This document shows positions 36,801 to 48,100 of a stretch of 64,000 nt of DNA, in pieces (within the stretch, counting starts at the first letter, position 1; each line of letters begins with the position of its first letter). The position numbers and the translations under genes are program-made. Source of the stretch: Phoronis australis (lineage: Eukaryota > Animalia > Phoronida). The notes under the pieces were generated by a model that worked only from the letters and a program-made list of their open reading frames with translations, searched no databases and had not been told where the DNA came from. The DNA is taken from contig NMRA01000001.1 of assembly GCA_002633005.1 (NCBI GenBank), forward strand, positions 1,273,755 through 1,337,754. Reading direction: 5' to 3'.

Positions 36801-39800
36801 TTGCATAGAGAACAAAGCCAGGCTCAGACTGGGACTCCAATTCACAACATGACACGTGCTAAAGTTTAAGTGACACCTGACCACACAGAAATTAGATGAT
36901 CATTAGTTCCTGGTATTCACTCCTTCTTTACTTTGAAAACATCGTCTACACTTCACAGTATCTCACCTGGTCCCTGACTGTTTTTTCTGGATCAAGCGTC
37001 ATTGAACACAGAGTAGGAAGGAGTCGGGACGCTGACTCTTTTAATGTAAAATAGTTATTGCACGCAGTCATGGCCAGAACTGCAGCTTGACGGGCTGGGG
37101 GAAATGGATCTTTTACACCACGCATGAATGCCGAGGGGAGAACTCGCTGGCGAATTTGAGGGTCCAAGTAGCCACCGATTTTTCCCAAGCACACTGTAGT
37201 ATTGGTACGAATACCTCCCTGAGACAATCAGACAGAACGTGACAATCCAAATGCAGCCAAATCACTACGCTGAATCAACTGTTATTAAATGATACAGTCT
37301 TACAATGCAAAAAATAAAGATGAACCACTAGTTATCAAAAACATAAGTGTCATTTCTATTCAGGCAGTAGCGCTCTTAAATTGTACTACAACATGGGTTC
37401 CATTTCTATGTAAGGACATTTTTTCAAACTTAAAACAAGATTAAGTTTATTCAAAGTCCATTTAGTGATAATCTTTTGTGAAAGTCAAACAAAAAGTACT
37501 AGAACTGTAAAATGACACCGTAGCCACAGAAATCTAATCATAGACTCGACACCCAGTAAACTTATTTTTAAACAAAATTGAATGAGGGAAATACTGACGA
37601 CAGCTAACACTTCGTAAAATAGTAATCATGAAAAATTAGAGAATATAACAGCTGATTTCTTTACCTGGTCATCTTTAGACTGTAACCTGGCAAAATGCTT
37701 CATCAGTTCTTCGTTGAGATTTTTGTAATTAAGTTTTGGTGCCATGTGCAACATCGCCTGTAAAACGAACACAAAAAGGAGCATTATAAATAGTTGACAC
37801 GCAATAAAAATGTTTAGTTTCAATAAATGATTATAATGTCCCACGTGCGGAATACAAATTCACAAGTGTCCAATAAAGAAATATGCACACATCTTATTAA
37901 ACGCCAAAACTTAAAATGTTATCAAGTAACAGGAAACAGTTGACCCATAACATTCAACAAAAACATACAAGTCAAGGCACACAATGTAGGTCACTTCTTA
38001 CATAATATCACAACGTGTCACAAACAGTTGGTATCAAGTTATCAGCATTATGATGTGCTTTGCTAGAGAACACCTGTACAACAATGAAACCATACAATGC
38101 TTCTGACCAGATATAAGGCCAGCACAATTTACAATACTATAAAACATCTACAACATAAAAGTCACAATTTTTTAACAGGAGTCTTAGGCTTCTGGAAATC
38201 CCGAGTAGTAATCATTGAAGTCTAACCTTTATAGTTTGTTCCCGAACAACAGGATTTGTGTCCATGAAACCTTGCAGCACTTGAGGAAATATCTGTGAAT
38301 TGACCGTCGACTCTTGTAAGTGTTCAATAAAATGTTCTAGTTGCTGCAAGAGCTTCACTCTGGTTGACCGGTCAGAAGATGAGAACAGCTTGATAACACA
38401 TGGGACTATTTTTTTCTGGTATTCGTTAGTATCCAGTAGCCGGCCCAGCTGAAGAAGGAATTAGCAGTAATTTAGATAAACGTATTCCATAACAAAACGG
38501 ATCAGAACTTGCAAATTCAAAACAAACTCGCTGATCCCAGTGCACATATGCTTATTTAAGCAAACATCACACAGAGGTGAAACTCAACATTAGATTACTC
38601 ACCAAGTGTCCACTACAAAATGCTTTAATTTTTGGTGAATGTGCAGCTAAGCATCACAAAGAAATTCATTCAACTGAAGTGAGCCACAACATTAATTCAT
38701 ACATTGACTACATTCATTAAATATGCTTTAGGTAAACTGAAGTTGAACACTTTAAAAATATCCAATAATATGTTTAGCCTACAAATGTGAAAAGCATACT
38801 GGCAAAAACACAGAAAAAAGTGTACATCGCCATTCCATTCCCCACCAAACACAGCGCGAATATGATATGTCACTGCTTGGCGGCGATGCACCAACTCTCT
38901 ACACGGAGGGTTTAATGGTTTCAAAGAGGTTTTCAAATATGTTGTCCAATGGAAACAATCAAAACACCCTTGCATAGAGGAAAGGAATTACAATATAGGC
39001 AGACGTCTAATCAAATCAGTTTTGTACTGTTCATCTCTGACAATTAAAACTAATAGCCAAAATTAACTTTCTCCTTGCTTGTGGACACCGGAGTCTCATT
39101 AAAGTACCAAAGCTCAAACTACTGACATACACCACATCATGATCACTTCACCTTAAATAACGGTGCTAGTACAGCTGAGCCGGCATTGCCAAACTCAAAT
39201 GCATTGATGAGCAGTGGTAAGATCTTGTGCTTGCAGTGACTTTGTGGAAAGGAGTCCAACTCGGGTGTAAGAAGGTTGAAGAATTTTGTCTTCTCATTTT
39301 GTTCTTTTATCTAAAAGTTGATCAAAGAAACACCCATTCATCAGTCAAGCACATTTCACTGGCAGGCACACTCCACCACCTGTAATCTGAGAAGCAAAAG
39401 AATAATATCCAGCAGAAGAGCTTCCTGATCATAAACTAGGTCTTGCCAATTAAAACTTCTGAACTGCGACAGAAAATTCAGTTAGTTTTAAATACAAGCT
39501 GCTAATGCTTGCGTAATGTATGCAATCTTCCCAAAATATTGCCGCTATAAGAACATATTAATTCCACTCTAATCATGTTAAATTTCTTCTCCACTGTTTT
39601 AACGGTTAAGAAGGTATCCGAAAATTACTACAACTGTCTAACCAACACAAAATGTTACCTGGAACTCTTCTAAGAACAGCATAGTCTTAACAAAGTTATT
39701 GCCCANCCAAAATATTGCCGCTATATTTAAAAGAACATATTAATTCCACTCTAATCATGTTAAATTTCTTCTCCACTGTTTTAACGGTTAAGAAGGTATC

Positions 39801-42800
39801 CGAAAATTACTACACCTGTCTAATCAACACAAAATGTTACCTGGAACTCTTCTAAGAACAGCATGGTCTTAACAAAGTTATTGCCCAAGAACCCTCCTGG
39901 TGATCGGCAGTTCTCAAGGAATTTGGCAGGATTTGGACGCACCTTGGGATTTGCACCAACTAACTCACAGTAATGTGGCGTGAGTGTCTTTGGAATCTGA
40001 AATGAAGAAGACGGAAAGAACAAAGTAGTTTTAAATATAGAGTATCAGTACAATGGAATAAGAAACTATTTACAACACAAAAATGTTTCAAGTAATAATA
40101 CTCAAAAGTTGGTATGTGTAAAAACCGCCTCTGTGATCACATTTTCCCTGATTGAGTTGATTGCACTGTTCACACTTCATTTTCAGTGATGACAATCATC
40201 AACACCTGCAGCAAATTCTATGTAATACTATGCTAGTAAACGTGGGCCACATCAACTAATTAATTTTAGTCAGTAGACAAATATTCTGGTTCATGACACC
40301 AAACGCATTCAATTTTAGAGTTGTGTGATTGTGCAAAGTCATTATTACCATCTAAATGTAAAATCTTTATTCAAGCAAGTTCTAAGTGAAAGGGTGTTTT
40401 CAGAGTCTTTTGCAAATAAGTAATGACAGAAAATTCATGAACAGAACTTTTGATTTAGGCCCCTTACCAAATGTAAAACTCTTCACAACTTGTTTCTCAG
40501 TCAAATGAGAAGAGTCTTCATAAAACTGCCTTCGGGTGATGTGGTAACGTCATTTCTAAAATCCGCTATTATCAATACGGACTTTAGAAATACGTTGGTC
40601 TATTTATCATAAGCAGACCAATGGGTAATGGTACAAATGAGAAATGGTTTCTGGGTTTGAAAAAATGACAATTCTTTATTGCTAGGTACATAACACGACG
40701 GGTCGTGTCCACCCAACTCCAGCAGCCTTATCTCAACCAATAAGGAATAGTCAGTTCTTTACAAATTCAGAAAAAGCCTCCAATTTGACTAAGGAACAAA
40801 TTGAGACTGATTTCATGTGGTAAGTGGATTAAGTCAATACTAAAATGTGAGCTAAGCTGGGTTTACAGCATTTTCAAGACTGTCCACTACATGACATCAT
40901 TATCCACCTTTTAATCCTTCCCCTAAGTGTGACTGTCTTCATACCTTTCCTATGGACTTGAGTGACGAGGCTCTCGGAAGCTCTCCATTAAATACCTCCC
41001 ATGTTAAACAACCCAGACCCCAGCTGTCTGTCGACCTAGACACAACAAAGAATGGTTGGTCAGACAGTGAGCAGTAAAATTAACAAAAAATAAAAGGAAA
41101 CTACTTAACACATAAAATATTTCAAAAAAAAACAACCACAGTTTGATTAATGGATTGAATTAAAGAGACTACACTTTCTATGTTACGGGTGCAGGCTACC
41201 TAAACTGACGTAGCTCACACACTTTGGAACATGACTCATAGACCTGTAAACGCAGCTCATTATCTCAAAAAGTCGTGCCCGCACTTCTAAAACAAGGCTT
41301 ATGCAGCTCACACATTCACAACTACTAACACCAACATGGATGAGTAGCGAAGAGTCAGTGGGCTGAGTTTGCCAGTGTCGGTGTTGCACTTGCAGTTCAG
41401 GAGCTATGCTTCTCAGCGGATGCGACTTTGTGAGCCATGTTTTTGTGTGCCTAAGCAATTGTTTGTGAGTGATGGCAGGAATTTGCAGGTCAATGAACTG
41501 AGTTTACGAGTCAATGAGCAGCACTCATAATAAATGAAGAGCCATAATAAGTGCATAAGCCATGTTCTTCAGGCAGTTGAATATAATCTATTTGAATATA
41601 ATCTATTTGACAACAGAAGTTTATCACTCTTAGTTCACATTTTGAGTTATTTCTAGACTGGAAGCACGCATTGCCAAATAAATCATGGAGCAATTTATCA
41701 CATTAAGATAACCCTCTTAAAAATTTATCAATACATAACATGGAAAACTAGTCGCATTGTCAACTCTACTTATTTGAGAACTTTGAATTAGTTCTTCAGG
41801 CAATCAAAAAATCAAATGAAAATAAAACAAGACTTGCCACAGATACAATTGTGTCCCAACACAATAGCCACATTAGTTGCAATTCCAGGATGAGTAGGCA
41901 CAATCTTGCTAATGAGTTTTTGTAGTTTAGAAATAGATTCTGTTACTTGTCTGATTTAACATAAAGATTCTGTACACTGTTTGTGATGCAGGTGAAGAGC
42001 ACCCCAACCCCTCATAGTCACCAAGTGAAGAGCACCCTAGCCCCTCATAGTCACATGGTGAAGCGCACCCCAACCCCTGAGAGTCTCCAGGTGAAGAGCA
42101 CCCCAACCCCTCATAGTCACCAAGTGAAGAGCACCCTAGCCCCTCATAGTCACAAGGTGAAGCGCACCCCAACCCCTGAAAGTCACCAAGTGAAGAGCAC
42201 CCCAACCCCTCATACTCACCACCTCTCAGTGCCTTTCCTTCCATGCCCCACCATGGCTCGCTCAGGAGGTTCATATTTTTCTAACAATGGTAATATTTTT
42301 ACAGGAGGTATACAATCCGGTCCCTCAGCAGGGTACATGTAGTCGACGCCCCCTATCTTCCATTCACCAGAAACATCAACAAACACCGAGGACAGACACA
42401 TGTTGTTGTGTATTAGTTTGCAGTCATTGATGAGAAAACTCAGCCCTTTCTGAAAAGAGCATTTGTCACAAAGTTACGACTGTTACAGTATTTAGAAAAC
42501 ATGAAAACGAGTTTGCGATAATTATAGAGAAGGCTTACACTAAGAGTGTTCTCCACTTCCTATTTCGACTGCGTGGAAATGAACTAGAATGGGATGAGTT
42601 TGGCAGATGAAACTTTAGCACAGCATAATGGAGCACATACTGATGTTTGGTACCAACTGAATCTAGAAACTCCAGGGCTTTATGTATAGGACCAACACAC
42701 TCAAGCAGGAGAAAGGTAACACAGGACATTTTGTGAACTCATAAATTCCCGTAGCAATTGAAATGGAATTTTTCTTTTTTGTTGTACAGGGAATAAACAT

Positions 42801-44777
42801 TAGCTTAGTCACAGGAAAGTCTAATTTGAATACAAAGTTAAGCCAAAAAATGATATTGCCATTGGTCCTTTAACTTAATGTGACAAAATACAACTTAAAT
42901 ACGGGCAACAAGAAAATGGACATGGAAATATGCAAATGAATTTCAAAACAAAACAGTCAAGAAGACGATGTTAATGCTCACCACAATCTGATGTAATCCC
43001 CAAGATATGGCCAGGTCATTCTGAGTCCCTCGCTGTCTTTCATTCTTCAAGTATGTCTCAAGAGGGACAACATGCTCAGTTGCAATGTAGAGAAATTTGT
43101 CGCTCTGAAACACAAAGCATCTAACAACTACATCACAGCTACTAATACTAAATATAAAGTTCTCAATAATTATGATTTAGAAATTTGTATACACAAATTT
43201 GCTCTCACAAGTTGATTTCAATGTTAGCTTTGCACTTCCAAACACAGGGATCCACTGAACCTACATTCAAAACTGCTTGGGGCTGATGAAAAGTCCCAAA
43301 ATCATCAGCAGCACATTCATTGTAACCAAGAAAGGAAAAAGGTGATTGTCATGTTAGTTTTGGTTCTCACAAAAATTTCATCCAAGGCACGTCTTTTTAG
43401 TTGTGTTGGATCAACTGATGCAAAAACTTAGCCTTGGGCAAACACTTTCAATTGAAAAACGTCTGTTACACATGCAGGCATGCCCACAGAGCATCACTAT
43501 AAACAAGAAGTGCTAAATCACAGCGCTGGAGTGAAGTCATTACCTCTAATCCATCTAGAAATGTGAGGATGTTGGGATGCCTCAAAGTTTTGATCCTCTT
43601 GAAAGAGTTCTTCGCGACCTGCAGCTGAGACTCACTGCCAGCTTTAACATCAAACACAAAGACAGATACTTGCTCACCAGTGCTCTGAAATAGTCAGTAT
43701 GAAAAAATTGTCTTTAAAAAGGTTGACTGTTACATTGGATTGCCATGGCTAAAAGCTAAACGGCATCAAGTATACATGTACATACACAAGTTTACATGTA
43801 CATACAGTTAAGACTGATAAAAGTGTGAGAGGAATACAGACCAATGGCACTCGGTCCAATCATATATCGCATCCAAGCACAGCAAATGCAGCAGAGCGAT
43901 GAACAAGCGGCTGACTTGAATGGCTTGGTGAACAACTTTGCCAAATTTCTTTTGATAAAAAATAGCATCAAAACCTGATAAATTTGCATTCATAATAAAA
44001 GTTATTGAAGTGACTGTTAATTGCAAATGTCCCAAAAGCTTTCATGGCTCCAAACGATATCTACATAAGCAGCTATATTAGTATATGATTATATAAACAT
44101 TCCCCGAGCTGAAGTCAAGAGGGCCAGATGGTACACTTGATCCATATAAGGGAGAGAAGTGTTGCAGTACGTGACATCCGGGTGTGATGTAGAGTCATAT
44201 GAAGCATCCCTAAATTGTTTGCCAAGGGACACTTCTCCCTTAGCCCAGTGGTTTAGATGCTCGACTGTCAAATGAGGAACACCCGTTCAAACCATAGTGC
44301 CAGCAGATTTTTTCTGAAGTAACACAGTCTGATAGATGAGTCCGTCACACAGTGGCGAGATTAATCTTGCATGACGTCCATTCTACTTTCAACCACGAGG
44401 GAATATACAAGGTACAGGCAACCCCTTTCTTACACATGTATGTTCCAGTGCTAACTTCAAGGAGAAGTGGCCAGTTTACAAAACCACAAATATAAGACAC
44501 TATTGACCACACCCTTCTAACTCGTATATTCACTGAACACAACAATATGTCCCCAAGACTCATCAGAAATTGACTCTGAATTCTGATCAGCGATGAGTCA
44601 AATGTCAGTCCGAGACTCAGAGAGCCGAAAGGCGAAAGGCGAGACTAGTTTCAGGTCAGACACCTTTTTCTTTCCATTATGCAAACTCCAGAGAGATCGG
44701 TCTTCCAGCCCGGTTACTTTCTCCAGTATCTCATATGGAAAGTCCTTAGTCGGGTCTCTGGAGAAAAACGACCACAT
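30841..44777 (-). CDS. SCYL1: N-terminal kinase-like protein / SCY1-like pseudokinase 1
   Basis: Minus-strand exons: 44777-44664 ([16 protein letters not shown]), 43684-43544, 43104-42982, 42449-42220, 41035-40945, 39996-39841, 39310-39152, 38448-38227, 37757-37665, 37218-36967, 36288-36213 (GC donor), 35560-35426, 34617-34469, 33391-33260, 32950-32765, 31961-31733, 30992-30841. Motifs: [18 protein letters not shown] (pseudokinase loop), [35 protein letters not shown]. Confidence 0.95.
33082..33176. repeat. Near-perfect 95-nt hairpin (44-bp arms) in a SCYL1 intron
   Basis: GGTGTGTGGTAAGCGTTCCGTGGAAAGCAGTAATGTTCTACTCT, 7-nt loop, then AGAGTAGAACATTACTGCTTTCCACGGAACGCTTATCACACACC; one mismatch. 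Confidence 0.9.
33979..34381. mobile_element. Harbinger-like MITE fragment joined to a partial duplicate of a SCYL1 exon
   Basis: Begins GGGCTGTTCCAGTAAAATC, matches the 7836 copy and ends at an N gap. The preceding 33832-33978 duplicates 34394-34540. Confidence 0.8.
39531..39887. repeat. Tandem near-duplicate (39531-39705 and 39707-39887) split by one N; probable haplotype overlap
   Basis: The same intron end and partial SCYL1 exon occur twice with a few SNPs and one small indel; N at 39706. Confidence 0.8.
41991..42221. repeat. 33-bp minisatellite x7 with 99-bp higher-order structure, overlapping a SCYL1 5' splice site
   Basis: Units start at 41991, 42024, 42057, 42090, 42123, 42156 and 42189; consensus (G/A)GTGAAGAGCACCCCAACCCCTCATAGTCACCA; variant order A-B-C-A-B-C-A. 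Confidence 0.92.
44234..44305 (+). other. Degenerate tRNA-like sequence (possible tRNA-derived SINE head)
   Basis: A-box-like TAGCCCAGTGGTTTAG, a CTGTCAA loop and B-box-like GTTCAAACC at tRNA spacing. Stems are poorly paired, so it is not called a tRNA. Confidence 0.3.
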
Positions 44778-45176
44778 TCTAAAACGTTATAGCCTGTAGA
44801 CAGGTGATCAGACTAATAACATTCTCATGACACGAAAACACATCCAACTCATTCCACTTCCTGGTAGATGCAACAGGCATGTGCGAGTATTTGAGATAGT
44901 TGCAAAACATCACAAACAAAAGAAACTGCCAATGTATTTTTTACGTAGGCCTATATAAACTGTAATGATTATAATAAGAATAAAAGGTTATATGCTTATT
45001 ATATATTTGCGTACTAGTGAATAAAACTTTTCAAGTGTTACGCGGGCTTCACGACTATGTGACCTTTTGTGGCAATCATGGCCGCTTCCACTTCTACCAG
45101 TGTCACCCCATAGATACCACGTCTGAGGTCGGTGCTGCGCCAAATAACCGCAGCGATTTGCTAGACAAAACAAGAT
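44778..45176. promoter_or_regulatory. Probable bidirectional promoter between SCYL1 and BPNT1
   Basis: Divergent ATGs about 400 bp apart. ETS-like CACTTCCTGG at 44855 and a YY1-like GATATGGCCGCC at the BPNT1 start. Confidence 0.55.
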
Positions 45177-48100
45177 ATGGCCGCCTCCAGTTCTCCGCTT
45201 GTTCAAAGACTTATCTCTGCGTCCGTTTCTATTGCAAATCGGAGTGGGAAATTAATAAGAGACATTCTTAGCAAAGGAGATTTGGGAATTGTAGATAAAG
45301 CAAGTAGAAAAAAGTCTAAGCAAAAAAGGCGTATTTCGAATGAGGAATAAGCGGATCAGATCCAGGCTCAGGGTCTACTCTCCTGACACAGACTGAGACC
45401 ATTCAGACAGTCAGGCTCGAAAATTAATCGATCACAGCATCATGATTTGAGTTCAGTGACACGATCTCCACAGTCTTAGCCCTAGTCGTAGAAGATGGTG
45501 ACCATCCCGGCCCTTCATAAACCGGAAGCTTTTCAGTGAATTATGCCTCACACTGATTAAACCATCAAAGTGACGTTGCTATAAGTATCTTTTGCACTTA
45601 GCTTGACACCGATGTCCAATTCCTTCCAACTCGAACAAATGACATCACCAATTTGGGCAACTGAATGAAGGACTGTTCGAGTGTTTTTTCGAATTGGAAG
45701 GAATTAAAGACACCGACGGCCTCTTTAGATGTCTCTCTTTACGTAAAATGTACATACAGCAACATGATTTTGATGGTGTGAGGCATAATTTGCTGAAAAG
45801 CTTCTGCCTTATGAAGGGCCAATGGGATGGCCACAGTCTACTGCTAGTTGAGACGGTGACTCTCGAAACGTGCCATGTAGTTGGTCATTTTTAATCTAGT
45901 TTCAAGTACAGAGATTAGACTGCGGGCCCTGGAAATCTTTTCTTAGTCTCTCATAGTTGCTGGATTCTGTCTGATCAGTGATTCTCAACGCATATTCTGC
46001 TTCTTTGGACAGTCTATTGGTTTTTTGCTCTCAGTTTTGTGGTTAAGGTTATACACAGTCATAGATCAGCATACAAGCAAAGTCAAGTAAAGTGCATTGT
46101 TCTCCAACTGTACTTGTGTTTATGTGAGCTTCATCAGCTACTTTAAACCCCTTTGACAGCTGAAACTGGGTTTTGGTAATCAGGTTTATGAGTTGCATTT
46201 CAAACCAATGTTTACTGAAACCAGTGAAGGGTGTTCACATCCACAGTGAAATTGATTGGGTTCAGGATTTGAGATCCAAGCAGGCATGCATAATTTGGCC
46301 ACCAATTTAACACGTTCATCCAATAACTCCATCGCTCGACACTAAGTAAGGATAATGCTAAATTGCACTTGGCGACTTGGCAAAATTCCCAGGTTATCAA
46401 GTGAAATCTGAGGTCGCCAAATCTGCATCCAGTTGAAATTGTTGACTAAAAAACCTACATTCTACGAATCTTACGCATTTGCATACCTCTCCAATTTCTC
46501 CCCGTAAATGTACTTCCATTCTCTTTCCCAACTCAATTGCTTCCGCCACATAGAATGCAGAAGATCGCATTCACTGTTGGTGTGGGTTTTACCAATCTTG
46601 TCCAGTTTTTACTGAACAATTTCGACTTCCATCTGTTTACTTCCTGTTGTAATGTAAGTGCGTTTGATGTATGCTGACTGCTGAGAGTGGAAAATGCAAT
46701 GATTTCACGAAATAAATGGAACAATTGTGAACCAAAGGTAAAAATTTAGGAAAACTGTTACAGTAGTAATTTAAAATTTGCAAGTCAACACGAACTTTGA
46801 AATGAATTAAGGGGAATTATTTTCTGACTTTGATACTAACACTGGCAACCTTGTGGTGACTTGAGATTTTTTCCCAGGTCGCCAAACACATTCTGAGGTT
46901 GCAGTCGATTGCTGAATTCTTAAATTTGTCTTCCAGGGCATCAATGACCTACAGACAGAGGCTGATCGATCGACTCAGCGATGTATTGTGGCATCACTTT
47001 CACATCAGTTTCCTAATATCAAAATAATTGGTGAAGAGGTAAGTTCATGATACAAAAAGTAGCTGGTTCCGATGTAAAGCACAAGTTAATGCAAATAGCT
47101 GGTGATTGTGCAAGATAAGGAGAGGTTTGAGTACCAAATGTTTACTCTGACAACAAGAAATTATAATTTTATTATTAAAATATCCCACTACAAATGAATG
47201 CAAATCCCAATCTCATTTGGAGATGAAACAAAAGTAATACTATCACAAACAATATTCTATTGTATTTTTTGAATTAGTGAATGCTAAGGGTGATTACTTT
47301 AAAATCAGTGACTGGGTGTTAAGCCAAGCATATCAGAACTCGGGTGCTTAAAAGTAAAATTTTATTTGGGTATTGAAGTCACGTGTTAGCATTAACCTTG
47401 ATGGATATTTCTTGATGAGTATTTGTTGTGTTCACAGACTCTGAAAGATACCGATGAACCTAAATGGGTCGACCATGGACAGACGGAAGCAGTACTAAGT
47501 GCCAAGTGCCCAGAGAGTCTCGCTGCTACAAAAGATGAAGATGTATGTACATGAAATTTTAGTATCAAATAGTTATTGTTGTGTCCGTGGGGCTATGCAG
47601 TCGTTGTTCTGATGTGTCCAAACAATAGGTGATATCGCTCATTCCAGTCATTTCCAGGATGCAATGCTAATCACATACACGCTCTGGGGATTTCCGAAAG
47701 AGCCCTCCGAGGGCCCTCCATTCAGCTGTGGGTTTCTAAGAGTGCTGTAAATGGGAGTAAGTGACATGCATTTTACATCAGAAAATTCAACTCTGATAGC
47801 AGCATCAAAAGCAGTGATTTGCTTTTTCACCTAGATTTGGTTGATTTGAAATACCTGCCAGTTGGCTACTATTTGAGTAGTCCGGCCACTCCTGTGTTGA
47901 CAACTCATCGATATACTTGATATATTTCAATCATCCTTTAAATGGCTAAAATTTTGCTCCATTTTCCTTAGCTTTGTCCCAATCTAGGAGGTCATAATGA
48001 GCATGAAAGTGCTCCCATGGGAGCTTTTTGTTGCACACACACGTGTGCACACACACACAAGTGCACACACACATTCACATACAAACTCAAATCTTGTTTG

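Noticed and set aside
41991-42221. Regular 33-bp repeats resembling a CRISPR array, with repeat-peptide ORFs on both strands
   Set aside because: Units are contiguous with no unique spacers, there are no cas genes, and the context is a eukaryotic intron. The ORFs arise because 33 is divisible by 3.
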